The notes below the pieces were generated by a model. The model made no database searches. It saw only the letters and a program-made list of their open reading frames with translations, and was not told the origin of the DNA. A stretch of 46,331 bases of DNA from positions 1 to 46,331 of the forward strand of contig JAJOKO010000108.1 in assembly GCA_021129825.1 (NCBI GenBank), written 5' to 3'. Position numbers and translations under genes: made by a program. Every line of letters starts with the position of its first letter. The first letter of the stretch is position 1. This stretch comes from Desulfotomaculum sp. Its GTDB lineage: Bacteria > Bacillota > Desulfotomaculia > Desulfotomaculales > Desulfohalotomaculaceae. This document shows positions 36,686-46,108 of this stretch, in pieces.

Positions 36686-36910
36686 TCATACAGCAACAAC
36701 TTCTAAAACTTGCACTTCTGCATTAGGGTTAACTTTTTCAAACACTTTAGCTTCACCAAATTCAGCAACCATATCTTCAATACCTTCTTGAAGATAGGTA
36801 ACCGCTTCGTTTATAATATCACCAGTAGCAACTGCATTGACTGTTTCGCAATTAGCCATATACTGACCGTCTTCCAACTTGGTAATAATAACAGGTAATT
36901 TATATTTCAT
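36686..36910 (-). CDS. Small HicB-like (UPF0150) protein, no intact toxin partner
   Basis: MKYKLPVIITKLEDGQYMANCETVNAVATGDIINEAVTYLQEGIED fits the HicB N-domain pattern. Confidence 0.5.
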   Translation of the reverse strand: MKYKLPVIITKLEDGQYMANCETVNAVATGDIINEAVTYLQEGIEDMVAEFGEAKVFEKVNPNAEVQVLEVVAV

Positions 36911-37011
36911 AATTGCAACTCCTTTTTTAAAAATATTTTTGATAAAAAGTAGCTATACCAATAAGCCTGATCTTCTTCACTCCAACTTATTACAATTGTT
37001 TTATATTTATA

Positions 37012-37159
37012 GTGCGTGTTCGAAAAGGGTACCATTTAGCACATTTGAAATTTACATATTAATCCAATTAACCTTAAAGCACACCCCCACCCTACCCTCC
37101 CCCATCAAGGGGGAGGGTAGGGTGGGGGGTTACCACAAACATACTTTTCGAACACGCAC
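37012..37159. mobile_element. Complete family A MITE (148 bp, simplest form)
   Basis: Perfect 16-bp TIRs and TTATA direct repeats (37007-37011 and 37160-37164). The core is a perfect 20-bp stem CCCCCACCCTACCCTCCCCC-ATCAA-GGGGGAGGGTAGGGTGGGGG. Confidence 0.9.
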
Positions 37160-37335
37160 TTATACATGGTCATAACCTCCAAGTTGATATTTTTTAATTA
37201 TCCTCTTTATCACGCCAACCTTAAAAATATTCTTGGTATCATTATACCATTGCCAGATTTTTATATTCAAGTCTTTTTAGGTTGATTTAGAGCTGACGCA
37301 TGAAACGGGTGCCCATACCCTTCCCTGTCCCCTGC

Positions 37336-37938
37336 TTAATTTTTATGCTTTTTATTTTTATAGTAAAGATAGCCACCATATGATAACATCAATACTACTC
37401 CAAATATCCAACCTTTAGAACCGATAAATTCACTGGCTTTTTGCCAACTGTGACTGAATACAAATCCTAGTGTGATATTAAAAGTACCCCACAGCAATAA
37501 AAAAATGATACTATAAATTAAAAACCACATAAATTTCAATTTGCTAATTCCAGCTATATAGGGAGTAATATTACCGATGGTGGGTAAAAACCGCCCGCCA
37601 ATAACAAAGGCGGCAGCAGAATGTTCCAGCCAATGTTGGCCTTTTTCAAATTTTTTCGGGGTGATGTTTAAGTATCGACCATATTTTTTAAAAAATGGTT
37701 GTCCCCAGTGCCGGCCAATAAAATATGCAATAGTGGTTCCTAATAAATGACCAATCAAAACAGCTAATATTACGTCAAAAAAATTCAAACTACCCCTTTG
37801 AATTAAAAAACCCGCCATAATCACCATTAATGAGCCGGGAAAAGGTACTCCTAGAGCATCAATAAAAATACCAATCATTAAACCAATACTACCTAGTTTA
37901 ATTAAGTAATTTAATACAGTTTCAATTATTTGATCCAT
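37336..37938 (-). CDS. dedA: DedA-family membrane protein
   Basis: 200 aa with an IDALGVPFPGSLMVIMAGFL N-terminal re-entrant motif and a GRF.P.......AG motif. Confidence 0.85.
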   Translation of the reverse strand: MDQIIETVLNYLIKLGSIGLMIGIFIDALGVPFPGSLMVIMAGFLIQRGSLNFFDVILAVLIGHLLGTTIAYFIGRHWGQPFFKKYGRYLNITPKKFEKGQHWLEHSAAAFVIGGRFLPTIGNITPYIAGISKLKFMWFLIYSIIFLLLWGTFNITLGFVFSHSWQKASEFIGSKGWIFGVVLMLSYGGYLYYKNKKHKN

Positions 37939-38009
37939 TTGATACCCCCTGAACTTTATTATGTCCTGCTATTCTGAAAATAACGGTTGTTGGTCGTCAT
38001 TAATAAATA

Positions 38010-38049
38010 GCTATAAAAATAAAAAAGTTCACCGGTTAGGGTGAACTTT
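38010..38049 (-). terminator. Rho-independent terminator after the nuclease gene
   Basis: On the minus strand: AAAGTTCACC-CTAACC-GGTGAACTTT followed by TTTATTTTTAT. Confidence 0.7.
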
Positions 38050-38053
38050 ACTT

Positions 38054-38569
38054 TTAGTTTCTCTCAGACTTATCCAGCCCCCACAAGCCTTTTTTATTTT
38101 CCCGGGCTTGACGCTGGTATTTCAAAAAATCTTCCGCATAACGTACATTAGGCGGTACAGTCATCACTTGAGCATAACCTTTTTTTAAAAGCAAAGCATT
38201 AAAAAAAGTACCGTCCTCAAGGTACACGTAAGCCAGTAAACGACCGAAACGATCTTGCTCCTGAACATCAAACTCTAATCTAACTTTTTTCCCTTCCAGC
38301 ATTTCTTTAGCAAAAGCACTGGCTTCTTGACCGTATGGTTCCGGCTCAATATTTGGTTTGACGGTTTCCGGTGTATCTACACCAATGATCCGCACCCGTT
38401 CATCCGGGAAAATAATAAACGTATCCCCATCAATAACCCTTTTAACAGTATGCCAATTTCCATCATGATCATTACAACCCGGAATTAAGGTGATCACTAG
38501 CAAAATAACTAATAAATAAGCCCCCAAAGAACGTCGGTTAATTTTAGTGATATTCATATTGACAACCAT
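38054..38569 (-). CDS. Thermonuclease (SNase-like) lipoprotein
   Basis: Lipobox LIPGC. SNase motifs VIDGDTF and RIIGVDTPE. Confidence 0.85.
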   Translation of the reverse strand: MVVNMNITKINRRSLGAYLLVILLVITLIPGCNDHDGNWHTVKRVIDGDTFIIFPDERVRIIGVDTPETVKPNIEPEPYGQEASAFAKEMLEGKKVRLEFDVQEQDRFGRLLAYVYLEDGTFFNALLLKKGYAQVMTVPPNVRYAEDFLKYQRQARENKKGLWGLDKSERN

Positions 38570-38584
38570 ACCTTTCGCTCCAAG

Positions 38585-38612
38585 TTCAGTAATCAGTGGT
38601 CAGTGGCTACTA
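38585..38612 (-). repeat. Heptamer array just after the pyk stop (minus strand: CCACTGA CCACTGA TTACTGA)
   Basis: Plus strand reads TTCAGTA ATCAGTG GTCAGTG GCTACTA. A variant unit (ACTGA instead of GCTGA). Confidence 0.6.
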
Positions 38613-38617
38613 GTTTT

Positions 38618-40372
38618 TTAAACTTTAGCAATACCACTATAGATTAAGCCTCTTTGCCCATCTAGTGTAATAGTTTCCCCGTCTGGAATAATTGTGGTTG
38701 CTTTTTCCACCCCGACAACTACCGGAATATCAATATTTAATCCGATAATAGCAGCGTGGGAAGTAATCCCGCCCTCTTCGGTAATTATTGCCCCACATTT
38801 CTGCATGTAAGGAACGAATTCCCGGTCAGTACCAATTGCAACCATAATATCTCCCTCTTGAATTTTTTGTTGAACATCTTGAATATTACGGCAAATCTTA
38901 GCCGGACCGGTAAAAGAACTGTTACCAATACCACTACCCCGGGTTAAAATACTACCGATAGTGTGTACTTTTAGCAAATTAGTGGTTCCTTGAATTCCTA
39001 CAGGCACACCGGCGGTAATAATCACCTGCTCACCTGTTTTAACTAAACCGGTGGCTAATGCAGCCTCCTCTGTAAATACAAACATATCATCCGTACCGGT
39101 AATATCTTTGACTAAAACAGGCTCTACTCCCCAAACTAAGGCCATTTTAAAGATTACCTTCGGTTTAGAAGTCACTGCTATAATGGAAGATTTGGGGCGG
39201 GTTTTAGAGATTATCCGGGCGGTATGACCAGAAGCAGTTACTGTAATAATGGCTGCTACATTCAAATTAGCAGCTACATTACGGACCGCATAACTAATAG
39301 CGTCAGTTACCGTTTCAGATTTTAAAGTATTAGTTTTTTTAAAATATTCTTCATATGGAAAGGCTGATTCTACCCGCATCGCAATACGATTCATAGTTTC
39401 TACCGATTCTACCGGGTATTTGCCGGCAGCACTTTCACCAGAAAGCATAATAGCATCTGTACCATCCAAGATGGCATTGGCTACATCCGAAGCCTCCGCC
39501 CTGGTTGGTCTAGGGTTGTGGGTCATAGATTCTAACATTTGGGTAGCGGTAATGACCGGTTTACCCACCATATTGCAGCGTTCTATCAACATTTTTTGAA
39601 TCATCGGTACATCTTCAGCCGGAATTTCTACCCCTAAATCTCCCCGGGCTACCATAATCCCATCAGAAACTTTTAATATTTCTTCGATATTATCTACAGC
39701 TTCACTACTTTCAATTTTAGAAATAATATCAATATCTGCCTGGTATTCTTCTAAGATATCTCTAATAGCTAAAACATCTGCTGCTTTACGGATAAAAGAA
39801 GCGGCAATAAAATCTACTTTTTGTTCAATCCCAAATAAAATATCCTTGATATCTTTATCGGTAATAGCAGGCAAATTAACCTGTACCCCCGGCAAATTTA
39901 CCCCTTTACGACTTTTCAAATCCCCACCATTGAGGATTTGGCAGTGTATATCCGTATCACTAATTTCTAATACTTGCAACTCTATCAAACCATCAGATAC
40001 CAGAATTTTATCTCCTATAGAAACATCTTGCGGTAATTTTTGATAGGTTACAGAAACTTTAGTTTCATCGCCCAGAACTTCTTTGGTAGTCAGAGTAAAC
40101 TGGTCGCCGGCACGTAACAAAACCGGTTCTTGCTTAAATGTGCCCAGTCGGATTTCAGGTCCTTTAGTATCTAGCATAATAGCAATATCTTTTTTTAATT
40201 CTTTAGCCACTTGACGCACTAACGCTATTCTTTTTCCATGTTCTTGATGATTACCATGAGAAAAATTCATGCGGGCTACGTTCATGCCTGCTGTAATCAT
40301 TTTTTTTAATATTGCCACATCTTCACTGGCCGGCCCGATAGTGCAAACAATTTTAGTGCGTCTTGTTAACAT
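38618..40372 (-). CDS. pyk: Pyruvate kinase with a C-terminal PEP-utilizer mobile domain
   Basis: KIVCTIGPAS, MVARGDLGVEIP, and a C-terminal TSHAAIIGLNIDIPVVVG domain. The ATG at 40372 (MLTRRTKIV) is preferred over the ORF-track start at 40408. Confidence 0.95.
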   Translation of the reverse strand: MLTRRTKIVCTIGPASEDVAILKKMITAGMNVARMNFSHGNHQEHGKRIALVRQVAKELKKDIAIMLDTKGPEIRLGTFKQEPVLLRAGDQFTLTTKEVLGDETKVSVTYQKLPQDVSIGDKILVSDGLIELQVLEISDTDIHCQILNGGDLKSRKGVNLPGVQVNLPAITDKDIKDILFGIEQKVDFIAASFIRKAADVLAIRDILEEYQADIDIISKIESSEAVDNIEEILKVSDGIMVARGDLGVEIPAEDVPMIQKMLIERCNMVGKPVITATQMLESMTHNPRPTRAEASDVANAILDGTDAIMLSGESAAGKYPVESVETMNRIAMRVESAFPYEEYFKKTNTLKSETVTDAISYAVRNVAANLNVAAIITVTASGHTARIISKTRPKSSIIAVTSKPKVIFKMALVWGVEPVLVKDITGTDDMFVFTEEAALATGLVKTGEQVIITAGVPVGIQGTTNLLKVHTIGSILTRGSGIGNSSFTGPAKICRNIQDVQQKIQEGDIMVAIGTDREFVPYMQKCGAIITEEGGITSHAAIIGLNIDIPVVVGVEKATTIIPDGETITLDGQRGLIYSGIAKV

Positions 40373-40499
40373 CAACCTACATTCTAACATAATCAGCCCA
40401 CACCCCATTTTATTATTTTAACTCAGATTATTGAGTATTAGGTTCTATGGTTTTGATTTTTTCCTTTATCCTCGTTCCTAGCTCCTTACTTTTTGTTCT

Positions 40500-41462
40500 T
40501 CATATAGAAAGTATTTTAGCCAGTTCGAGGATGTCTATATTTAATTCTTTTTTATTTTTAAAAACCGTCTCTAATTCATAGCTCACTATCTTTTCACAAT
40601 GCATCCCCACTGCTTTATTAGCTTGTCCGTCCATCAATAATTCCACCGCTTTTGCTCCCATCCGGGCAGCCAGTACCCGGTCTAGCACCGTAGGACTACC
40701 ACCTCTTTGCAGGTGACCCAGAATAGTTACTTTAGTATCCGTACCGGTGAGGGTTTTAATATCTTGACCTACTTTTAAACCACCGGCTGCCCCTTCCGCT
40801 ACTACAATCATACTGTGTAACTTACCCCTTTTCACACCACGCATTAATTTAGCACAAATTTCTTTAATATCAAATGGTACTTCCGGGATGATGATTGATT
40901 CTGCCCCGCCAGCCAGTCCGGCTGTTAAAGCAATCGCCCCGCAATCCCGCCCCATTACTTCTATTATAAAGGTGCGCTCATGTGATGTAGCTGTATCTCT
41001 GATTTTATTAATAGCATCGACTACATTATTTACAGCAGTATCAAACCCAATACTATAATCTGTACCAAAGATATCGTTGTCAATAGTGCCGGGTACACCA
41101 ATCACTGGCAATTGGTGCTGTTCATAAAAATCAGCCGCACCTCTAAAAGACCCATCGCCACCAATCACGATCAAACCTTGAATACCAGCTTGAACAGCAT
41201 TTTTATAAGCTTTAGTCTTTCCTTCACTAGTAGCAAATTCTCGGGAACGGGCAGTGCGCAGAATAGTACCGCCCCGGTGAATAATATCTGCCACAGATCC
41301 TAAATTCATCGATTGCATATCGCCATCAATAAAACCACTATAGCCCCGGTTAATACCAACTACCTCTATTCCATGATAGATCGCTTTTCTAACCACTGCC
41401 CGGATAGCAGAATTCATTCCGGAAGCATCGCCGCCGCTAGTTAAAATTCCAATTCTTTGCAT
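40500..41462 (-). CDS. pfkA: ATP-dependent 6-phosphofructokinase
   Basis: IGILTSGGDASGMNSAIRAVV, GVPGTIDNDI, MGRDCG. Forms a pfkA-pyk operon as in Bacillus. Confidence 0.95.
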   Translation of the reverse strand: MQRIGILTSGGDASGMNSAIRAVVRKAIYHGIEVVGINRGYSGFIDGDMQSMNLGSVADIIHRGGTILRTARSREFATSEGKTKAYKNAVQAGIQGLIVIGGDGSFRGAADFYEQHQLPVIGVPGTIDNDIFGTDYSIGFDTAVNNVVDAINKIRDTATSHERTFIIEVMGRDCGAIALTAGLAGGAESIIIPEVPFDIKEICAKLMRGVKRGKLHSMIVVAEGAAGGLKVGQDIKTLTGTDTKVTILGHLQRGGSPTVLDRVLAARMGAKAVELLMDGQANKAVGMHCEKIVSYELETVFKNKKELNIDILELAKILSI

Positions 41463-41578
41463 TATAAACCTCCCGATTTGGTTGTCAGTCGGATGAAATA
41501 TATTTTAAATACCACTTGAATTGTACTTGTTTATTTTCATCAAGTCAATAACTGGTATCTTTTTTTATAAAAAACATC

Positions 41579-41616
41579 TTGACAAATATCGACTAGTGTT
41601 TATAATGTATATATAC
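41579..41616 (+). promoter_or_regulatory. Promoter plus palindromic candidate operator of the GntR/ABC operon
   Basis: TTGACA (41579-41584), 16-nt spacer, TATAAT (41601-41606), immediately followed by the perfect palindrome GTATATATAC (41607-41616). The block is duplicated at 46126-46163. Confidence 0.6.
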
Positions 41617-41681
41617 AACATGTTCACTATCAACAATTAGTGGTGGTGATTTTAAAGTGAGCAACAAGAAAGGGCTATGCT

Positions 41682-42059
41682 ATGAATATTATTATTTCCA
41701 ATACTTCTGAAAAATCGCTCTACCGGCAGATTACTGACCAAATAAAAAATAATATTTTGCGTGGTGAACTAATGCCGGGAGATACACTGCCATCTATCAG
41801 AAGTTTAGCTAAAGAACTATATATCAGTGTTATTACTACTAAAAGAGCCTACGCTGAGTTGGAAAAAGAAGGCTTTATTGAAACAGTACCCGGTAAAGGG
41901 TCTTTTGTGACCAAACAAAACGGTGAACTATTGCGGGATAAACAATTAAAAATAATCGAAGAAAAAATGGTTGCTTTGGTGGTAGAAAGCAGGTTGTTGG
42001 GGATCAGTTTAGCAGAATTACAAGAAATGCTGCAATTACTACACGAGGAGGTTTATTAA
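41682..42059 (+). CDS. GntR-family regulator, YtrA subfamily (short effector domain)
   Basis: wHTH LPSIRSLAKELYISVITTKRAYAELEKEGFIETVPGKGSFV. Only 125 aa in total. Confidence 0.85.
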   Translation: MNIIISNTSEKSLYRQITDQIKNNILRGELMPGDTLPSIRSLAKELYISVITTKRAYAELEKEGFIETVPGKGSFVTKQNGELLRDKQLKIIEEKMVALVVESRLLGISLAELQEMLQLLHEEVY

Positions 42060-42062
42060 ATA

Positions 42063-42929
42063 ATGGAAAATATTTTGGAAATTAAAAATTTAACTAAAAA
42101 ATACTCTGATTTTACGCTGGACGATATTTCGTTTAACCTGAAAAAAGGTTATATCATGGGGTTGATCGGTCCTAACGGCTCTGGTAAAACTACTATTATT
42201 AAATTAATAATGAATTTAATTCAAAAGACCGGCGGGGAAATAAAAATATTTGGTCACGATTACGGTAAATACGAGCGGGAAATAAAACAACGCATTGGTG
42301 TAGTTTATGATCAAAATTATTATTATGAAAATTTAAACGCTTTAGAGATCCAGCGGATTATCGCCTCTTTTTACAAGCATTGGGATAAAAAGGTTTTTAG
42401 CAGTTATTTAAAAAGATTTGACTTGCCGGATTATCAAAAAATTAGCAAATTATCTAAAGGAATGAAAACTAAATTTTCACTGGCGATGGCCTTATCCCAT
42501 CAAGCGGAATTGATTATTATGGACGAACCCAGTTCGGGACTGGACCCGGTGTTCAGGCAAGAATTGCAGGGAATTTTAACTGAGTTAATCCAAGATGAAA
42601 ATAAAAGCGTGCTTTTTTCTACCCATATTACCAGTGATTTAGACCGGACAGCAGATTATATTACTTTCATCAATAAAGGAAAACTAGTTTTCAGTGCCGA
42701 AAAAGACCGCCTGCTGGATAATTACGGGATAGTTAAGGGCAGTAATGAATTATTAAACGAAGATATTAAAACCGAATTTATAGGTATCAGGCAAACTTCT
42801 GTAGGTTTCGAGGCTTTAACTGCCAATGCTCCGGCAATCCGCCGCTTGTTCAAAGAAAAAGTAGTGGTAGAGCGACCTACCATAGAAGATATCATGGTGT
42901 ATACCATCAAAGGAGAGCTGCAATCATGA
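42063..42929 (+). CDS. ABC transporter ATP-binding protein
   Basis: Walker A GPNGSGKTT, signature LSKGMKTK, Walker B IIMDEPSSGLD. Confidence 0.9.
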   Translation: MENILEIKNLTKKYSDFTLDDISFNLKKGYIMGLIGPNGSGKTTIIKLIMNLIQKTGGEIKIFGHDYGKYEREIKQRIGVVYDQNYYYENLNALEIQRIIASFYKHWDKKVFSSYLKRFDLPDYQKISKLSKGMKTKFSLAMALSHQAELIIMDEPSSGLDPVFRQELQGILTELIQDENKSVLFSTHITSDLDRTADYITFINKGKLVFSAEKDRLLDNYGIVKGSNELLNEDIKTEFIGIRQTSVGFEALTANAPAIRRLFKEKVVVERPTIEDIMVYTIKGELQS

Positions 42930-43609
42930 CTCACCCGGTGTTGAATTTGGTTAGAAAAGATTTGTTTTTATTAATGATTTCAAAAAAACTGCTACTGCTC
43001 TTTGTAACTAGCATGCTCTTGTTTCCAATGTTTAGCAACGATATTTTCCGGGAATTTATATATATATTTCCCCCTATTTTATTTGCCACTATTTGTTTTA
43101 TATGGGTAACCTCAGATTATGAAATTATTTTGAATACTTTACCGGTAAAACGCAGTGATATTATAAAGGCTGGCTATCTATCTTATTTTTTATTTATGAT
43201 CATAGGATTGTTGATAATAAGTTTAGCTGGTTTCTTATTTCAATTTATTTTAACAACTATAATAACTTTCAGATTAATTAACTGGTTTGATATATGGGCA
43301 GTTTTTATTAGCGGTAGCCTGTTTCTTGCTGTTTTTTCACCAGTGAATTTCAAATTTACTGGTGAAAAAACAGCACTATTGTTATACTTGCCTTTATTTT
43401 TTATATTTCTTGGAGCATCTTATGTAACAGCTATTTTATCAATTCAACATCTTTCGAATAAACAAAGTGATTGGCTGCTACCATATATGACCGTATCTTT
43501 TGATTTTTTAAATTGGAGCATGATTTTGGGATTATCGCTCTTAATTTTAATATTATTGTTTTGCTCGATCTTATTATCCCTAAAAATCTATCAAAAACGG
43601 GATCTTTGA
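42926..43609 (+). CDS. ABC-2-type membrane permease (6 TM)
   Basis: The start overlaps the ATPase stop (ATGA). Hydrophobic 227-aa protein. Confidence 0.7.
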   Translation: MTHPVLNLVRKDLFLLMISKKLLLLFVTSMLLFPMFSNDIFREFIYIFPPILFATICFIWVTSDYEIILNTLPVKRSDIIKAGYLSYFLFMIIGLLIISLAGFLFQFILTTIITFRLINWFDIWAVFISGSLFLAVFSPVNFKFTGEKTALLLYLPLFFIFLGASYVTAILSIQHLSNKQSDWLLPYMTVSFDFLNWSMILGLSLLILILLFCSILLSLKIYQKRDL

Positions 43610-43754
43610 GGTTTATTGACAATAAATAGCACTACAAAAAAGTACATCGCAGTTAAATAATCAAAATTTATATTTTAATTAAGGAGGTGATGCAGATATT
43701 ACAAGCGGTCGTGGCCTAACTACCAATACAAAAAATCTAAGGAGGTTGTGCTAA

Positions 43755-44879
43755 ATGCGTACAATGAGCAAATTTTTATCTATTTGTTTAGTATTAGTGC
43801 TGGTGGTAACTGTTGGTTGTAGCGGTAAAGTAGATTTAGTGGCTGAAGAAGAATTAGTAGATAAAGTGGTCGAGGTCTACCAAGGTATTGAAACAGTACA
43901 GTTTGATATGAATATGTCTATGCAAGCAGAAATGAAAATAGGTGCAAAAACTGAGCAGTTTGATAGCACTACTACCGGCAGTGGCGTGATAGATAATGTT
44001 AATCAAGCCATGAAAATGACGATGCAGATGCAAATGCCGGGTCTAGACGGTGCAGTAGCAGAAACCATGGAAACAGAAATGTACTTTATCAACAACGTGC
44101 TTTACACTAAAATGGGCGGCATAGCAGATATGCCTGTTACTTGGACCAAGATGGCAATGCCGCCGGATTACGAACCAATGCCTATTGATCAACTGGTGAA
44201 ATTATTAAAAACATCAAAAATTGAAGTTTTAGGTACAGAAGAAATTGATGGTGTTTATTGTTATGTAGTTAAATTAACACCGGATATCAAACAATTTTGG
44301 GAGATGATGACGCAACAAATGGGTCTGGGCTTAGATATTCCCGCAAAGGATATAGATGCTACCGCTTTAGAGGAAATGATTGAAAGCCTGTCTATCACCC
44401 AGTGGATTGCCCAAGATACTTTTTTACCATTAAAAGAACAGACGCAAATGACGCTAGTTATGAATCCGGTCAACATGGACTTGCCTGATGTTCCGCCAGA
44501 AGAATCTTTTGAAAGCAGAATAGTGATGGACATCACTACAACTTATCACAGCTATAATGAACCAGTGACTATTCAACTGCCGGCTGCGGCTAAAGATGCT
44601 CAAAGCATGGATGAAGTGATGGCGGAAATAGGATTTGAAGGCACTATTAAAGAAATTGATACCACCAAAGAAAACACTGTTTTAGTAGTTACAGAAGCAG
44701 GAACACAGTATTGGATTACCATCAAAACAGAAACAGATATCATGAATCCAGACGGTGGCAGTGCTTCGTTTGACGCCCTGCAAACCGGACAAAAAGTATC
44801 TATAATATTCAACCCGGAATATCCTATTTTAGAAACTGACCCGGTACAAGCGGTAGCAAGTTTGGTAATTATGTTATAG
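43755..44879 (+). CDS. Lipoprotein, LolA-like/DUF6612-like body with a DUF3221-like C-terminal domain
   Basis: Lipobox VTVGCSG and a Met/Gln-rich mid region. The C-terminus (GQKVSIIFNPEYPILETDPVQAVASLVI) resembles YobA-type DUF3221. Family assignment is tentative. Confidence 0.55.
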   Translation: MRTMSKFLSICLVLVLVVTVGCSGKVDLVAEEELVDKVVEVYQGIETVQFDMNMSMQAEMKIGAKTEQFDSTTTGSGVIDNVNQAMKMTMQMQMPGLDGAVAETMETEMYFINNVLYTKMGGIADMPVTWTKMAMPPDYEPMPIDQLVKLLKTSKIEVLGTEEIDGVYCYVVKLTPDIKQFWEMMTQQMGLGLDIPAKDIDATALEEMIESLSITQWIAQDTFLPLKEQTQMTLVMNPVNMDLPDVPPEESFESRIVMDITTTYHSYNEPVTIQLPAAAKDAQSMDEVMAEIGFEGTIKEIDTTKENTVLVVTEAGTQYWITIKTETDIMNPDGGSASFDALQTGQKVSIIFNPEYPILETDPVQAVASLVIML

Positions 44880-44904
44880 GGAGTTGCCGAGTTGGTAGAG
44901 TAAG

Positions 44905-45071
44905 CCACTAAGGAAGTTCTGGGCGCCCTTTGGGCACGACTTGGTGATGGCGGGGTAAAGCGTATAAATAATATGTAAGCATCGCCATTACCGAGTCAAC
45001 ACCCAAGAGGTACCCGGAAATTTGGATGCCCTCTGGGCAAGGTATTTCGCACGGACTTTTCGAACACGCAC
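44905..45071 (+). mobile_element. Solo or degenerate element with the hairpin core shared with 28916-29045 and a perfect A-type right terminus
   Basis: GGTATTTCGCACGGACTTTTCGAACACGCAC (45041-45071). Core AAGCGTATAAATAATATGTAAGC is flanked by the stem GACTTGGTGATGGCG / CGCCATTACCGAGTC. The left boundary is not identifiable. Confidence 0.6.
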
Positions 45072-45077
45072 TACAAA

Positions 45078-45446
45078 CTATCTTTTATCTACTGCTCTTT
45101 GGTGCTCTTTAGCTAACAAGTATAAACAATATTGATTCATACTGATGTTTTCTTTATCTGCTTGTTTCGATAAATCCTTGTGTAGTGTCTTTGGTATCCT
45201 TAATCTAAATTGACCAGAATACCGTTCTATCTCTTTTGGTTTTGGTATTTCTTCTCCATCTTGTAAAGCAATATCAAACCATCCTTTTTTTGCATCTTCG
45301 CCCATTTTGATAACTTCTGCTATTGTATCCCCACAACTAAAGCAACCTGGCAAATCTGGGTATTCTATGACGTGAGTGCCATCTTCTTCTTCATGAATAA
45401 TAAATGGATATTTTAGGGATAAGTAGTATTCTAGATTATTTTCCAT
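45078..45446 (-). CDS. hicB: HicB-family antitoxin with a C-terminal RHH DNA-binding domain
   Basis: YPFIIHEEEDGTHVIEYPDLPGCFSCGDTIAEVIKMGEDA and a C-terminal FRLRIPKTLHKDLSKQADKENISMNQY. Confidence 0.85.
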   Translation of the reverse strand: MENNLEYYLSLKYPFIIHEEEDGTHVIEYPDLPGCFSCGDTIAEVIKMGEDAKKGWFDIALQDGEEIPKPKEIERYSGQFRLRIPKTLHKDLSKQADKENISMNQYCLYLLAKEHQRAVDKR

Positions 45447-45499
45447 TTTTTACCTCCTAATAAAGTTGGTGAATAGAGCTACCTAGCCCTATTCTCTTA

Positions 45500-45596
45500 G
45501 TGCGTGTTCGAAAAGTAATAATTAACACCCTATATAGTGCTTTTAATTTTATTAGCTACAATATATAGTATAATATTAAACTTTTCGAACACGCTG
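45500..45596. mobile_element. Miniature (97 bp) family A MITE with an AT-rich interior
   Basis: Left TIR is perfect. Right TIR is CTTTTCGAACACGCTG, diverged at the tip. TCTTA direct repeats lie at 45495-45499 and 45597-45601. Confidence 0.8.
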
Positions 45597-45633
45597 TCTT
45601 AGTAACTCTAATACCAGTTTGGTATAATTTTTT

Positions 45634-46031
45634 TTAAACAAAGGGTTTTTGTTTTGGAATTGAAATATTCTTTTCTCCCTTTTTAAAATAGGAGTACTCT
45701 CGGAAAGTCTAACCCCACTATTTCTGTACCTTTCAAAGAAAGTTTTCGTTTTTTCACCCCCACCTGCACCCTTCCCTTCGGGTGGGTACCCGCTCCCCCA
45801 TCAAGGGGGAGGGAACTTGATTTCCCCTCCACTAGTGGGAGGGGGTTAGGGGGAGGGGGTGTTTGGAACTTTTTAACTGTTTCCGAGAGTGCTCAAATAG
45901 TAATGGCTCGAACCACCTCTTGGCTGTCGCATTTCAAATCCTGCATTTAAGAGCAACTTTTGGAGTGTTTCAAACCTTGCGTTGTTAGGGTTATTTCTGA
46001 GTTTTGCAATTAGCTTTTCTCTTTTGCTCAT
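45634..46031 (-). pseudogene. hicA: hicA toxin gene interrupted by a MITE
   Basis: The 5' part runs 46031 to 45895 (MSKREKLIAKLRNNPNNARFETLQKLLLNAGFEMRQPRGGSSHYY). The 3' part runs 45690 to 45634 (FKKGEKNISIPKQKPFV, then stop). Removing 45692-45894 plus one AAATAG copy restores a 62-aa HicA ORF. Confidence 0.8.
45692..45894. mobile_element. Complete family B MITE (203 bp) inserted in hicA
   Basis: Termini GAGTACTCTCGGAAAG and reverse complement GAGCACTCTCGGAAAC. AAATAG direct repeats at 45686-45691 and 45895-45900. The core is shared with 16318-16470. Confidence 0.85.
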
Positions 46032-46108
46032 CTTGCCCCCCTCAATCACTATTATATATGGTTCCGAATATGGTATCAAGTTTTATTTTTCTAATTAAAA
46101 GCGATATG

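Noticed and set aside
43690-43719. 9-codon mini-ORF (MQILQAVVA) with AAGGAGGTG upstream of the lipoprotein gene, considered as a leader peptide
   Set aside because: The SD ends only about 2 nt before the ATG, which is too close for initiation. No attenuator structure follows.
697-44908. Many 60-140-aa antisense or shadow ORFs in the track (for example 697-969, 2345-2764, 3149-3762, 12974-13264, 19695-19976, 24885-25169, 34487-34795, 44261-44908)
   Set aside because: Each lies fully inside a well-supported gene on the opposite strand or in another frame. None has a recognisable motif or SD.
44881-44960. GGGAGTTGCCGAGTTGGTAGAG… considered as the 5' half of a class II tRNA
   Set aside because: No complementary D-stem, no T-arm (GTTCRANYC) and no acceptor 3' strand could be folded. 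It is more likely part of the decayed repeat element.
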